Below are positions 39,141 to 49,115 of a DNA stretch of 64,000 nucleotides, piece by piece; position 1 is the stretch's first letter; every line of letters starts with the position of its first letter. The translations under genes and the position numbers were made by a program. The stretch is from an uncultured Thermoplasmatales archaeon (GTDB lineage: Archaea > Thermoplasmatota > E2 > DHVEG-1). Location of the stretch: NCBI GenBank assembly GCA_964648565.1, contig CAZYLG010000002.1, positions 1,245-65,244 on the forward strand, given 5' to 3'. The notes beneath the pieces are model-generated. The model was not told where the DNA came from. It did no database searches and saw only the letters and a program-made list of their open reading frames with translations.

Positions 39141-39308
39141 ATGGCTAAGAAAGATAAAGGTGAAGGATTCCATTCATCTGCAGGACTTATTCGATATTTC
39201 GATGCTGAAGAAAAATCATCAGTTAAGATTCCACCATGGTTTGTTGTGGCCATGAGTGTTGCAACGATGATTATTATTACTATTGCTCATTTAACCATTA
39301 AATTTTAA
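39141..39308 (+). CDS. secG: Preprotein translocase subunit Sec61beta (archaeal SecG), 55 aa
   Basis: Hand translation: MAKKDKGEGFHSSAGLIRYFDAEEKSSVKIPPWFVVAMSVATMIIITIAHLTIKF*. It has the SSAGLIRYF signature plus a single C-terminal TM. Below the 60-aa cut-off of the ORF track. Confidence 0.8.
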   Translation: MAKKDKGEGFHSSAGLIRYFDAEEKSSVKIPPWFVVAMSVATMIIITIAHLTIKF

Positions 39309-39362
39309 ATATTCTTTTTTTAAATACCTACTTTTCTTCTCTTTTTGTGTTTTGATTTAGTT

Positions 39363-42119
39363 TCAATCTTGTTTCAATGCATCTATGGTCAATGCTTTAG
39401 CTTTTTCTAAGGCTTTGTCAATATTTTCCTTTTTTGGTCCACCACTTTGCGTCATTTTTGGTCGACCACCACCACTTCCACCAATCATCGTTCCTACTGT
39501 TGGTGCGATTTCTTTTCGTAGATCGATATCAACATCCTCTGAAGCAGCTGAAGTTATTTTCTTCCCATCATAAATATGAACAACGATGCCACCTTGTTCG
39601 ATAAGTGCTCCAGCTGTTGCATTTGATTCAGTAGTTGTTTTTGCCGTAAGCACCTTTATATTTGTCCCAGTAATCGATTCTGCTTGATTAACTAAAGAAG
39701 TAATTTCTTCTTCTGAGATTGATTTCTTCTTTTTCTTTGATTTTTTCCAAACCGTAAACAAATGATTACCAGCATCAATTAACGTATCAACTTCTTTATT
39801 TTTTGGAAGTAAATCTTTGGATTCTTTCAAAAATCGTTTAAGTGTTTTTGAAAGTTGATCAATCGGAACGGAAAACTGATCTGAAATAACAGATAGTTGT
39901 TTAGATATATCATCATGTTGATTGATCTGATACACTCCATCCAAGGTAGAAACAATTGTTTCAAACAAGTGTTGTTCCTCTTTTTGATATGCATCGACCA
40001 TGTCTCCAGCTGCAAAGAACACTCGGTTCACACCATCCTGGATACGTTCAGATTTCAAAATCCTTATTTTTTCGATTTCTCCAATATTATTCAGATGTGT
40101 TCCACCACAAGCTTCAACATCAACACCAGGAATGTTTAACACACGAATGCTATTTCCGGGTGGAACACCTCCTTGGTATAATCTGAATCCGTATTTTTTC
40201 TCAGCTGTATTTCTATCAAAAACATGTTTTTCAACACATATTTCCTCATTGATGAATTGATTAGCTTGTTTTTCAACTTCTTTGATTTCTTCTTCAGATA
40301 AGCTTTTGAAATGCGCGAAATCAAAACGAGCGTTTTCTACTGCTAATTGTGATCCAGCTTGCCAGATATGATCTCCAAGAACTTTTTGTAAAGCACCATT
40401 TACTACGTGTGTTCCAGTGTGATGTTTCATGAGTTGATATCGTCGATTCCAATCAATTTCCCCATGGATTTTATCTCCAACTGAAACAATACCATTAATA
40501 TGATGAAGAATTGCAGTTCCCTCTTTGGTTACATGTTCAACGTAAAGTTTATTCCCTGAAGATGTGGTTATTTTGCCATGATCTCCTGGTTGTCCGCCAC
40601 CATCTGGATAAAACGTGGTTTGATCAAAAATAGCGAGGGTTTTATTTTTTTCTACTTGTTCTGTCCAAAGAATTTTCGCATCAAATTCCTTTTGATAATG
40701 ATCATCATAATATACGGGAATTGTTTTTGGAAGGTCTCGTTGTTGTTTTTGTTCCTGTGTTTGTTTTTCTTCTTTAGAATGTAATTCAGCAACCATCGAT
40801 TCAAAATTATCTGGAATGTTCACGGTTACATTTTGTTTCTCTGCTATTGATTGGACGATATCCGGTGGCATACCATGAGTGTCATACAGAGTGATTAATG
40901 TGGTATCATCGATTTTTTTATTTTCCTTTAATAATCGATGCACCATATTTTTTCCTTTTTGTAAGGTTTCATGATACCTTTTTGTTTCTGTTTGAATCAT
41001 ATCATGAATCTGTGTTTGCTGATCAGATAGGGATGGAAAATCATTTTTTAATTGGTTAATATGCAAATCAATGATTTCTTCAAGTGATTCATTAATGTTG
41101 AGTTGTTCGATGAAACGAAGGCAGCGTCTGATTAATAGCCGTGCAAGATAGCCTGATTTTACATTTGATGGAACAATGCCATCACCAAGCATAAAAGCTA
41201 AGCTTTTGGTATGATCTGCTAATGACATGATCAACCGCTCATCAGCAGTTTCATTGGTATGATTCCGAATCCATTCTATAATTTGAGGGAATACAGTTTC
41301 ATACACGGTTTTAGATCCTTGAGTGATCCAAGCGATTCTTTCAAGTCCATACCCAGTATCAACGATGTTCAGCGGGTTTTGTTCATAGGTTTCTTTGCCA
41401 ATGGTGTATTCTCCATTGTCTGCCTCTTTCATGTTCATAAAAACAAGGGTTGCAATCTCCAGTCCACCAGCAAGCACTTCCAAACAAGGTCCAGCATTTC
41501 CTCCACCATGCCAGAGTTGTTCTTTATATGTTATTGCTTCTCGTGGAAGACCAATGGTGTTTACAAAAAAATCATCACAATAGAGTACTGTTTGTTCTTT
41601 CCAGTAGATTTCATCTGTGTTTTTATTGAATGCATGATGCCCCATCATTTCAAAGGTTGTAAGATGTCGTCCGCTTTTTCCAACTTCATCTAAATCATTT
41701 AATCGAATACAGGGTTGTGAAATAGCTAATGGATTGGCCGGTGGTGGAACTTCCCCTGAGGTGACATGTGGTTGAAAATCAGCAATGGATGCTATAGTAA
41801 GATAAATATCCGATCGCCATCGAGCAACAACCGGGTATCGCTCACCTGTTTTTGGATAAAGTAAACGGGTATGATTATGATGTTGGAAATAAGAGAGAAA
41901 AGATTCTCTTACTTCAGAAAGGGTTAATTGTTTTTTTCCAAGAGGATTATGAATAAAATGGAATGGTACACAGGGTTGATCTCCACATTGGTCCATTTTT
42001 GGGTCTAAGGTCCAAAAATAAGAACCGCAATTTGAACATTTTTTTCGAGTGTATCCATGATCGGAAAAGTACTGTAAATCTAGTTGTTCTTTGAGGAATT
42101 CATTCATTGATATCACCAT
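39363..42119 (-). CDS. alaS: Alanyl-tRNA synthetase (archaeal type)
   Basis: The 918-aa ORF has catalytic-core motifs (FEMMGHHAF, WHGGGNAGPCLEV), an editing domain (HTGTHV...CGGTH) and a C-terminal DHHA1-like region. Confidence 0.95.
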   Translation of the reverse strand: MVISMNEFLKEQLDLQYFSDHGYTRKKCSNCGSYFWTLDPKMDQCGDQPCVPFHFIHNPLGKKQLTLSEVRESFLSYFQHHNHTRLLYPKTGERYPVVARWRSDIYLTIASIADFQPHVTSGEVPPPANPLAISQPCIRLNDLDEVGKSGRHLTTFEMMGHHAFNKNTDEIYWKEQTVLYCDDFFVNTIGLPREAITYKEQLWHGGGNAGPCLEVLAGGLEIATLVFMNMKEADNGEYTIGKETYEQNPLNIVDTGYGLERIAWITQGSKTVYETVFPQIIEWIRNHTNETADERLIMSLADHTKSLAFMLGDGIVPSNVKSGYLARLLIRRCLRFIEQLNINESLEEIIDLHINQLKNDFPSLSDQQTQIHDMIQTETKRYHETLQKGKNMVHRLLKENKKIDDTTLITLYDTHGMPPDIVQSIAEKQNVTVNIPDNFESMVAELHSKEEKQTQEQKQQRDLPKTIPVYYDDHYQKEFDAKILWTEQVEKNKTLAIFDQTTFYPDGGGQPGDHGKITTSSGNKLYVEHVTKEGTAILHHINGIVSVGDKIHGEIDWNRRYQLMKHHTGTHVVNGALQKVLGDHIWQAGSQLAVENARFDFAHFKSLSEEEIKEVEKQANQFINEEICVEKHVFDRNTAEKKYGFRLYQGGVPPGNSIRVLNIPGVDVEACGGTHLNNIGEIEKIRILKSERIQDGVNRVFFAAGDMVDAYQKEEQHLFETIVSTLDGVYQINQHDDISKQLSVISDQFSVPIDQLSKTLKRFLKESKDLLPKNKEVDTLIDAGNHLFTVWKKSKKKKKSISEEEITSLVNQAESITGTNIKVLTAKTTTESNATAGALIEQGGIVVHIYDGKKITSAASEDVDIDLRKEIAPTVGTMIGGSGGGRPKMTQSGGPKKENIDKALEKAKALTIDALKQD

Positions 42120-42254
42120 TCAGTTAAGTGGTTTATCTGATGGAATGTTCAGGGTAATTATTGTTCTCTCTTTAATAGTTGTCCCCTCCCGATAAACAAC
42201 GGATTAAGATTAGATGATAACAAGATAAAAAATGATTATTATGGGACCTGAGTT

Positions 42255-42626
42255 TCATCCTAGGTTTATGGTAAGTTTCTCTTCTCGGGCTAGCCAACCG
42301 ATAGCCTTGTAAATTTCCTGAGTTGGAAGATGAGATTGTTTTAACATATCCTGAACAGTAGATTTTCCACATTCATCAAGTACGTGCCAGAGTATTCCCG
42401 CGTTTGATCCGATACTTGAGGTTAAATTCGTTGAGGAAATCAAGTATTGGCCTTGATGGTGAGAGATTTTATTTTCTCGGGCTAGCCAACCGATAGCAAT
42501 TTCTACTTCATACAAACGAAGGTGTGTTTTGTTAACAATTTCATCGATTGGTAATGGTCCATTTTCTGAGAGTACATCCCAGACAAAGCCAGCGTTTCTT
42601 CCAAACTGTTCAATAGTATTAATCAT
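42255..42626 (-). CDS. Tandem winged-helix protein (two DUF2582-like repeats)
   Basis: Two ~60-aa repeats each contain NAGxxWxVL...G...(I/M)...(E/Q)(V/I)xxAIGWLAREEK/NK. Confidence 0.6.
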   Translation of the reverse strand: MINTIEQFGRNAGFVWDVLSENGPLPIDEIVNKTHLRLYEVEIAIGWLARENKISHHQGQYLISSTNLTSSIGSNAGILWHVLDECGKSTVQDMLKQSHLPTQEIYKAIGWLAREEKLTINLG

Positions 42627-42898
42627 CGACTTTTTTCACCATTCGCCACTTACTTATTTTAAGGTATTCACTGTTTTCTATTTAAAAATATTTTTATCGC
42701 CTAAACTCATAAAATCATTGTATTGTTTTGATCCCTTGCTCCTACTACCAAAGATATATATAGGTAAACTTTGATAATATTGGCTTGATTCTCAATATCA
42801 AAATGTTTATATGGGATTAAATGCTAAATCACTCGAAATACTTAAGAAACACTTCTTATTTTACCCTAAAGTTAAAACAGAGAAAATAGAGGATTGTC

Positions 42899-43768
42899 AT
42901 GGCTGAAACGATCGAACAATTAAGAGCGAAAAGAGATGATTTGCAATCAATTGCAAATGAACTCAAGGAAAAACGAGATGGACTTCATAAAGAATCCAAA
43001 CAACTTGCAGAAGAACGAGATAAGATCAATGCAACTATTCGATCAATACGAAATCAAATTCATGATCACAAGAAGAGACGAGATGATTTAAACGATCGAG
43101 TCAAACATGCAAAAGGTCAACGGAATCAACTTAATGAGAAAAGTAAGGATGTGAAAAAAGAAATCCGCTCATTAGAACGAAAACGCACTTTGGGAAGTGG
43201 AGAGGATCTGGTCAAACTTCGAAAACAACTTCGCGCTTTGGAAACTGAACAAATGACTCAGGCTATGTCTCCTCAGAAAGAAAAAAAACTTATTGAAACT
43301 ATTTCGGGGATTAATGCGAAAATAAAGAAACAAGAAGAAGAAATTAGCAAAGATCCGAAATTAAAAAAGGCATTTGAGGAAAAAGAGGTTTTCAAACAAA
43401 AAGCAGAAAAACATCATGAAACCGTTGAAGAACTTGCTTCAAGAGCACAACAAGAACATGAAGAAATGATTAAACTTATTAACAAACTTGACAATCATAT
43501 TAAAAAAGTTAACAAAATTCAGGAAAGTATTGTGAACACTAAGATCAAAGCTGATGATGTTCATAAAAACTTTATTGCTCATGTCGACCGAATTCATGAA
43601 ATCGAACGAGAATTAACTTCTTTGAAGGAATCCACATACAAAAAGAAGAAGAAAGCAGAGAAAACATCAATGCATAAAGAAGCTAATGATATCTTCGAAC
43701 GATTCAAAAAAGGAGAGAAATTAAGTACTGAGGACTTAATGACACTTCAAAAAGCTGGATTGATTTAA
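42899..43768 (+). CDS. Archaeal coiled-coil protein (COG1340-like)
   Basis: 289 aa, K/E/R-rich heptad-type sequence throughout. It lies upstream of MBF1, as I recall for other archaea. Confidence 0.65.
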   Translation: MAETIEQLRAKRDDLQSIANELKEKRDGLHKESKQLAEERDKINATIRSIRNQIHDHKKRRDDLNDRVKHAKGQRNQLNEKSKDVKKEIRSLERKRTLGSGEDLVKLRKQLRALETEQMTQAMSPQKEKKLIETISGINAKIKKQEEEISKDPKLKKAFEEKEVFKQKAEKHHETVEELASRAQQEHEEMIKLINKLDNHIKKVNKIQESIVNTKIKADDVHKNFIAHVDRIHEIERELTSLKESTYKKKKKAEKTSMHKEANDIFERFKKGEKLSTEDLMTLQKAGLI

Positions 43769-43872
43769 GAAAATGATAATGTCTGAAAAAAAATCTAGCT
43801 ATTAGTACATAAATAATACATGCAATAAAGTTGGAAAACTATAAATTTTGATTTGTGGAGTGGGATCTTTAC

Positions 43873-44352
43873 ATGCAATGTGAATTATGCGGAAAAGATT
43901 GTGGAGGACACTGTAAACCAGCAATGGTTGATAGTGTGAAAATGATGCTGTGCCCTATTTGTATGAAACATGGCAAGGGTGTTAAAGAAGTCAGAGGAAC
44001 ACCTGAACGTGTGCAACGTTCTTTGTTGAGACGTCAACGACGACATCGTGAAAAAGATGTGTATCAAAAAATGGACCGGGAGATAATCTCAGATTGGGGC
44101 TCAATCATTAAAGCAGCTCGTAAGGAAAAAGGATTAACTCGTGAAAAACTTGGGTTTAATATCGGTGAACGAACAGTTACCATTTCAAAGATTGAGAATG
44201 GCGAGCTAAGACCTTCAGATGATGTTGCAAAAAAACTAGAAAAAGAATTATCCATAACCTTGTTTGAAGAAGTTAAAGAAGTCCATGCTCCTGTTTCTCA
44301 AAAACCGAGTCAAGGTCTTACCCTTGGTGATTTTATAAGAAAAGAAGAGTAA
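43873..44352 (+). CDS. Multiprotein bridging factor 1 (MBF1): Zn-ribbon plus Cro/C1-type HTH
   Basis: MQCELCGK...CPIC is the Zn ribbon and LTREKLGFNIGERTVTISKIENGELRP is the HTH. ATG 43873 is preferred over the track's GTG 43855. Confidence 0.85.
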   Translation: MQCELCGKDCGGHCKPAMVDSVKMMLCPICMKHGKGVKEVRGTPERVQRSLLRRQRRHREKDVYQKMDREIISDWGSIIKAARKEKGLTREKLGFNIGERTVTISKIENGELRPSDDVAKKLEKELSITLFEEVKEVHAPVSQKPSQGLTLGDFIRKEE

Positions 44353-44357
44353 CGAGT

Positions 44358-44957
44358 ATGGATGAAACGATTCTTAATCGCGCTGTTAATGCAGTAGAAC
44401 ATGGCCATCTCATCGTATACCCAACTGATACATTGTATGCAATGGGAGCAAAAATCGATGAGAGAAACGCAGTTTTACGTCTTTTTTCAATAAAGGACAG
44501 ACCGAAATCGTTACCATTGCCTGTTGCGTTTTCTGATAAAAACATGGTTTTAGATTATGTTTTTTTATCTCCATTAGCCAAAAAATTACTTTCCCATTTT
44601 TTACCCGGTAAGATCACTCTTGTTTGTAAAAAGAAAGAGAGCATCCCTTCAGAAGTAACAGCAGGAAAAAACACAGTAGCTGTAAGAATTCCCAATGATT
44701 TGGTTGCCTTAAAGATTATTAAAAAAACTGGGCCTTTAGTTGCAACCAGTGCAAATATTCATGGGCAATTGCCACCTGAGAAAGTCTCTGAAATCCGTAA
44801 GATGTTTAAACCGGAAATGATTGAAGTATTTGTGGATGATGGTCCTAGATTTGATAAACCAACCACCATAGTAGATGTGACTGGGTCTCACCCGAAAATT
44901 CTAAGAAAAGGTAGTGTTTCATCTGATATGATTTTGAATGTGAGTGATGGTGAATGA
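44358..44957 (+). CDS. L-threonylcarbamoyladenylate synthase, YrdC/Sua5 family (YrdC domain only)
   Basis: LIVYPTDTLYAMGA, RPKSLPLPV, TVAVRIPN and ATSANIHGQ are YrdC-domain motifs. Confidence 0.85.
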   Translation: MDETILNRAVNAVEHGHLIVYPTDTLYAMGAKIDERNAVLRLFSIKDRPKSLPLPVAFSDKNMVLDYVFLSPLAKKLLSHFLPGKITLVCKKKESIPSEVTAGKNTVAVRIPNDLVALKIIKKTGPLVATSANIHGQLPPEKVSEIRKMFKPEMIEVFVDDGPRFDKPTTIVDVTGSHPKILRKGSVSSDMILNVSDGE

Positions 44958-45874
44958 ATGAGGATGTCTATGATAAGTATATGAAAGCTGGACGAATTGC
45001 AGCAACCGCTCGGGATACTGCAGCAGATCACATTAAACCTGGTGTTTCTTTTTCTGAAATCGTTGATGAAATTGAATCAATCATTAAGGATAATGGAGAT
45101 GGTATTGCGTTTCCAACAAATATTTCAATAAATCATATAGCTGCTCATTTTACACCTCCAACAGATGACAGACATGTTTTCCATAAAGGCGATGTTGTCA
45201 AAGTCGATGTTGGATCTCATGTTGATGGATATATTGCTGATACTGCGGTTACTATTGAAGTTGAAACAAATGAGTTTGATTCCTTACGCCAAGCATCATC
45301 TGATGCATTAGCTGAAGCTATTAAATTAATGAAACCGGGTGTTAATCTTTCAAATATTGGAAAAAAGGTAGAGGAAACTATTAAAGAATATGGGTTTAAA
45401 CCCATTGATAACTTAACTGGTCATAGTTTGAATCGATATAATCTTCATTCTGGAATGTCTGTTCCTAGTATTGCTTCGAGGTCATTTCATCGAAAACCTC
45501 GTAAAGATGATGTGATCGCTGTTGAACCATTTGCAACTACTGGTTCAGGTCATGTGATCTCAGGATCTGGTAGTCATATCTATTTGTTGAAAAATGGAAT
45601 GAATTTCCGCAGGCTTCGTGATCGTCGTAGTCGATTGATGATAAAGAAATTACAGCATCATTTTCATTCCCTTCCTTTTGCTTCTAGGTGGTGTGAAGGA
45701 ATCATTTCAAATGTTGATCGTTCATTACTATGGTTGGAACAAAAAGGAATGGTTCATCATTTTCCTCAATTAATTGAACAAAATAACGGGATGGTCTCTC
45801 AAAAAGAACATACTCTGATTATTACTGAGGATGGATGTCAGGTGACAACCTATGGAAAACATGAAGAAGGATAA
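44954..45874 (+). CDS. map: Methionine aminopeptidase, type 2
   Basis: IAFPTNISINHIAAHFTP, VKVDVGSHVDGYIADTA, GHSL and EHTLIITEDG match archaeal MetAP2. 4-nt overlap with the upstream gene. Confidence 0.9.
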   Translation: MNEDVYDKYMKAGRIAATARDTAADHIKPGVSFSEIVDEIESIIKDNGDGIAFPTNISINHIAAHFTPPTDDRHVFHKGDVVKVDVGSHVDGYIADTAVTIEVETNEFDSLRQASSDALAEAIKLMKPGVNLSNIGKKVEETIKEYGFKPIDNLTGHSLNRYNLHSGMSVPSIASRSFHRKPRKDDVIAVEPFATTGSGHVISGSGSHIYLLKNGMNFRRLRDRRSRLMIKKLQHHFHSLPFASRWCEGIISNVDRSLLWLEQKGMVHHFPQLIEQNNGMVSQKEHTLIITEDGCQVTTYGKHEEG

Positions 45875-46721
45875 TCACCATTTGCATGAATCAATTATTC
45901 GTTTTGAGAAGTTATCTTGGAAGCAAATTGATGAGTTAGACCGGTCGAAAACACTCTTTTTTTTACCAATCAGTCCTTTAGAAGAACATGGCCCCCATCT
46001 TCCGGTAGGAACTGATCTGTTAACATCTCAGGATACTGTTCAACAGGCAATTATTACATTGCAAAAAAAGCATCCATCATTTACTTTTGTTCTCCTTCCC
46101 GTAATTCCGTTAGGTTTTGCTGGATTTAACACGGATTTTCCCGGTACTGTTTCAGTATCCTCAACTGTAATAAAAAAAGTGATTTATGCCTATGGAAAAA
46201 TGATAGCATCTCAAGGGTTTACCTATTTAATGATTTGTACGTATCATATGGCATTAGCCCACCTTAAAGGTATTCATGCTGCAAAACGAAAATTACAACG
46301 AAAATATGACATTATAATTTGTGAACCATGGAGTGCAATGTTTTATAGTGATCAGATAAAAAAAAGGGAACCAACGGTGGGATTTGATACCAAAAACGAA
46401 GTGCATGCTGGGTTTAGGGAAACCTCATTGATGAAACATTCTCATCCTGAATTAGTTGATAAGTCATATAAGGATCTCTCTTTTGAATTTACAGAAAAAT
46501 TAAATTCGTCATCTGCTGCTTTTAAATCATTTAAACAACTTGGAATCACCAAAGGTTATATTGGATCACCTGCAAAAGCAGATGAATCATATGGAGAGTG
46601 GTTTTTTGATTTAACCGTTGAAACCTATGTTGATACGGCTGAAAAGATGATACAAAAGAAACCGTTACCTGATCTTCCCGATCAGATTAAACGTCAAATG
46701 AAATTATTATTTTGGTTGTAA
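45852..46721 (+). CDS. Creatininase-family amidohydrolase
   Basis: LPISPLEEHGPHLPVGTD is the family metal-binding signature. The specific substrate is not assignable. Confidence 0.75.
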   Translation: MENMKKDNHHLHESIIRFEKLSWKQIDELDRSKTLFFLPISPLEEHGPHLPVGTDLLTSQDTVQQAIITLQKKHPSFTFVLLPVIPLGFAGFNTDFPGTVSVSSTVIKKVIYAYGKMIASQGFTYLMICTYHMALAHLKGIHAAKRKLQRKYDIIICEPWSAMFYSDQIKKREPTVGFDTKNEVHAGFRETSLMKHSHPELVDKSYKDLSFEFTEKLNSSSAAFKSFKQLGITKGYIGSPAKADESYGEWFFDLTVETYVDTAEKMIQKKPLPDLPDQIKRQMKLLFWL

Positions 46722-47657
46722 TCGATCAAGCAAGGCCCCTATCATTAATGGCATGAGAACGGTAGCATCACCCTCAACGGTAATGTTATCTGAATGTTCT
46801 TTTATCTTACCCCATGATATAGCCTCTCTAGTTTGTGCACCACTGAGACTTCCATCATATTCAACAGCAGTTGTAATATATACTGTATAATCAAGTCCAT
46901 CTTTGAACTGATTCCACCAAATAGTATGATGTTTGCTGATTCCTCCACCAATGATGAATGCACCACTTTTTTCTGCATCAAAGACTAAATCTGAAAGATC
47001 TTGTTCATCCTGTAATAAATCTATTGTAAAATCTCGATGTGTTTGATAAAACATCCAGAGTTGAGAACCAAAAGCACCATCAGTAATACCGGGAACATAA
47101 ATGGGAACGTTTTTTTTCCAAGCCCAATATAAGATAGAATCTTTTCCTTTTGGTTCATGTTCAAGACGTTTTCCAAATTCCTGGGCTAATTCTTTTGTGG
47201 ACCATTTCTTTTTTTCTTTATATAATTCATCAAGAATAGGTTGCATTTTTTCTTCAAGAATACTGCCATAACACTCATTTGGAATGAAAATATTTCCAAG
47301 TCGATTTATACCATGTTTATGTAACTCATTATCATCTGCGATAAATGAACCATGATAATAATCACGCCACACCCGAGCTAAATCATGATCAAGAGTTCCT
47401 GCTGTCGTAATAATTACATCCACTAGATCATTTTTGATCATATCTTTGATGATACCGCGGGTGCCTGTTGAACAAATACAGGCGGGAAATGAAAGAAAAC
47501 GAACACATTTTTTTTCCTTGTTCATTTTCTCTAAAATATTAACGCCTAACCCGATTTTTTTTGCAGTAAACCCCCCAGATTCATATAATGCGTTAACAAA
47601 ATCATGTAATGATTTAGTATCTGATATACTAATATCCTTGATTGGTTTTAGGTTCAT
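46707..47657 (-). CDS. dys: Deoxyhypusine synthase
   Basis: GGFTAKKIG, CICSTGTRGII, DVIITTAGTLDHD, GGGISKHH and a C-terminal EAISWGKI-type motif. Its 3' end overlaps the convergent 45852-46721 by 15 nt. Confidence 0.9.
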   Translation of the reverse strand: MNLKPIKDISISDTKSLHDFVNALYESGGFTAKKIGLGVNILEKMNKEKKCVRFLSFPACICSTGTRGIIKDMIKNDLVDVIITTAGTLDHDLARVWRDYYHGSFIADDNELHKHGINRLGNIFIPNECYGSILEEKMQPILDELYKEKKKWSTKELAQEFGKRLEHEPKGKDSILYWAWKKNVPIYVPGITDGAFGSQLWMFYQTHRDFTIDLLQDEQDLSDLVFDAEKSGAFIIGGGISKHHTIWWNQFKDGLDYTVYITTAVEYDGSLSGAQTREAISWGKIKEHSDNITVEGDATVLMPLMIGALLDRLQPK

Positions 47658-47671
47658 ATGCTATCAATGTC

Positions 47672-48571
47672 CTATTCACTTGTAACAGATAATGCTCCAT
47701 AACCCACACAGGAGTTACTGTCCGAACAGGTGTCATAAGATGTTCCATATTTAAGCAATTCTACTGATACCTTCGGGTATTGTTGAGCAACGGTTAACAA
47801 GGAGATAACTGGTCCGTATCCACACATTGAAATACCGTTCTTTTGAATTGTTTGAAATAATTCTTCGGGATTACTTTTTTGAATTACATCAAGTGCTTTT
47901 TTATCTTGTTTTCTGGCAAACGAATCAGCAGTTAAACCATCTGGAGGAAATCGTCCATATGAATATCCTTCATGTGAAAAATCAGAACTAGCAATAATGG
48001 CAATATTTCTTTTCTCTTTGTGTAATAATGAACTAAGTTGTTCTCCAACTTGTTTGCTTGTAATCAAATCTTGTTGAGACATTACCATTGGAACAATCGA
48101 GCATTCTTTTTTGAATTGATTACTTAAAAATTTGATGAATGGTAGTTGTACTTCGAGACTGTTTTCTTGTTGATGAAGTGTAGCTGAATCAGCAGTAATT
48201 ACTGATGAAGGAAGCTGATTACTAATCGTTTCATCGATAGATAAAGATCCCAATGGTGTTTCCCATTCTCCAGTTGTATCTACTGCCACTTTAGGTCCCA
48301 TTCCTTGATGGTTCGGTCCGATAAGAATGCATACATCTGGGAATCCATGAGTGACAAGTTCACTGTACGCATGCGCTGCGAATGGTCCTGAGCAGACAAG
48401 ACCTGCATGGGGAACGATGATTCCTATAAGATTCTTTTTTGATTCCGTTTCTTTTGGTAGGTCACCAGGTCCTAGTTTATGAGTGAAACATGATTCTATT
48501 TGTTTTTGTAACCCATCAGCTGATTGATCATAAAACATACCGGCAACAGTTGTTTTTCGTAAATTTTTCAT
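47672..48571 (-). CDS. MEMO1-family protein (AmmeMemoRadiSam system protein B-like)
   Basis: VAGMFYD..., IVPHAGLVCSGPFAAHAY, SSDFSH. ATG 48571 is preferred over the track's TTG 48586. Confidence 0.8.
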   Translation of the reverse strand: MKNLRKTTVAGMFYDQSADGLQKQIESCFTHKLGPGDLPKETESKKNLIGIIVPHAGLVCSGPFAAHAYSELVTHGFPDVCILIGPNHQGMGPKVAVDTTGEWETPLGSLSIDETISNQLPSSVITADSATLHQQENSLEVQLPFIKFLSNQFKKECSIVPMVMSQQDLITSKQVGEQLSSLLHKEKRNIAIIASSDFSHEGYSYGRFPPDGLTADSFARKQDKKALDVIQKSNPEELFQTIQKNGISMCGYGPVISLLTVAQQYPKVSVELLKYGTSYDTCSDSNSCVGYGALSVTSE

Positions 48572-48692
48572 ATATAATCCACCCAATAATAACTCTCAAT
48601 TCGTTCCTTCCTCATATACGTTTCCCGTTCAAAAGATATAAATACAGGTGATGAATACCGCATTGAACTACAATAAAAATAGGGAGCGAACA

Positions 48693-48851
48693 ATGGAAAC
48701 GGTTTGTCATATTGAAATTGTAAAAGATGGTCGTGATTTTGTTGCGAGAGTACATCTATCGGATGGATCGACAAAAGAGTATCGGCATAGTGTCTTTGAA
48801 GATGCACTCACGGAAATGGTCATTGATCTGCAAGAAGAACTTGCAGAATAA
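48693..48851 (+). CDS. Small acidic protein (52 aa), paralogue of 57634-57855
   Basis: METVCHIEIVKDGRDFVARVHLSDGSTKEYRHSVFEDALTEMVIDLQEELAE. GGGAG lies upstream of ATG 48693. It aligns by eye with the 73-aa ORF at 57634-57855. Confidence 0.5.
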   Translation: METVCHIEIVKDGRDFVARVHLSDGSTKEYRHSVFEDALTEMVIDLQEELAE

Positions 48852-48861
48852 TTTTTTCTCC

Positions 48862-49047
48862 TTATCTCAACATAAACAAAATAACGATGACTGCGATGAG
48901 TGCATACATGGCATAAACCATCAGTTTTCTTTTTTTCATCATACCGTTATATTTTTCTTTGCATTCTTCAGAACAAAAAGTTTCGGAAACAGGAATTGCT
49001 TTTCCACAAATCTGACAATGGGAATGCGGCGGGATAGATTCATTCAT
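48862..49047 (-). CDS. Zn-ribbon membrane protein (DUF2116-like)
   Basis: HSHCQICGKAIPVSETFCSEECKEKY is followed by a basic stretch and one TM helix. Confidence 0.65.
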   Translation of the reverse strand: MNESIPPHSHCQICGKAIPVSETFCSEECKEKYNGMMKKRKLMVYAMYALIAVIVILFMLR

Positions 49048-49115
49048 ATCGATGATTCCTCCTTTATATTTAAATTACATACCGTATCTTCTATTAAAAA
49101 TATTGTTATTGTTCA

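Noticed and set aside
39827-41693. Multiple 60-144-aa ORFs on both strands inside alaS
   Set aside because: All are embedded in the unambiguous 918-aa AlaRS frame and are typical shadow ORFs.
42172-42372. 66-aa ORF overlapping the 3' part of the tandem wHTH gene (and 42529-42774 on the + strand)
   Set aside because: It overlaps a better-supported frame, has no motif, and has a Cys/Ser/Arg-rich random-looking composition.
46707-46721. 15-nt convergent overlap of the creatininase-family and DHS genes, and 4-23-nt same-strand overlaps at 44954, 45852, 49682, 59664, 62550 and 63266
   Set aside because: These are consistent with general genome compaction and translational coupling, and are not special features.
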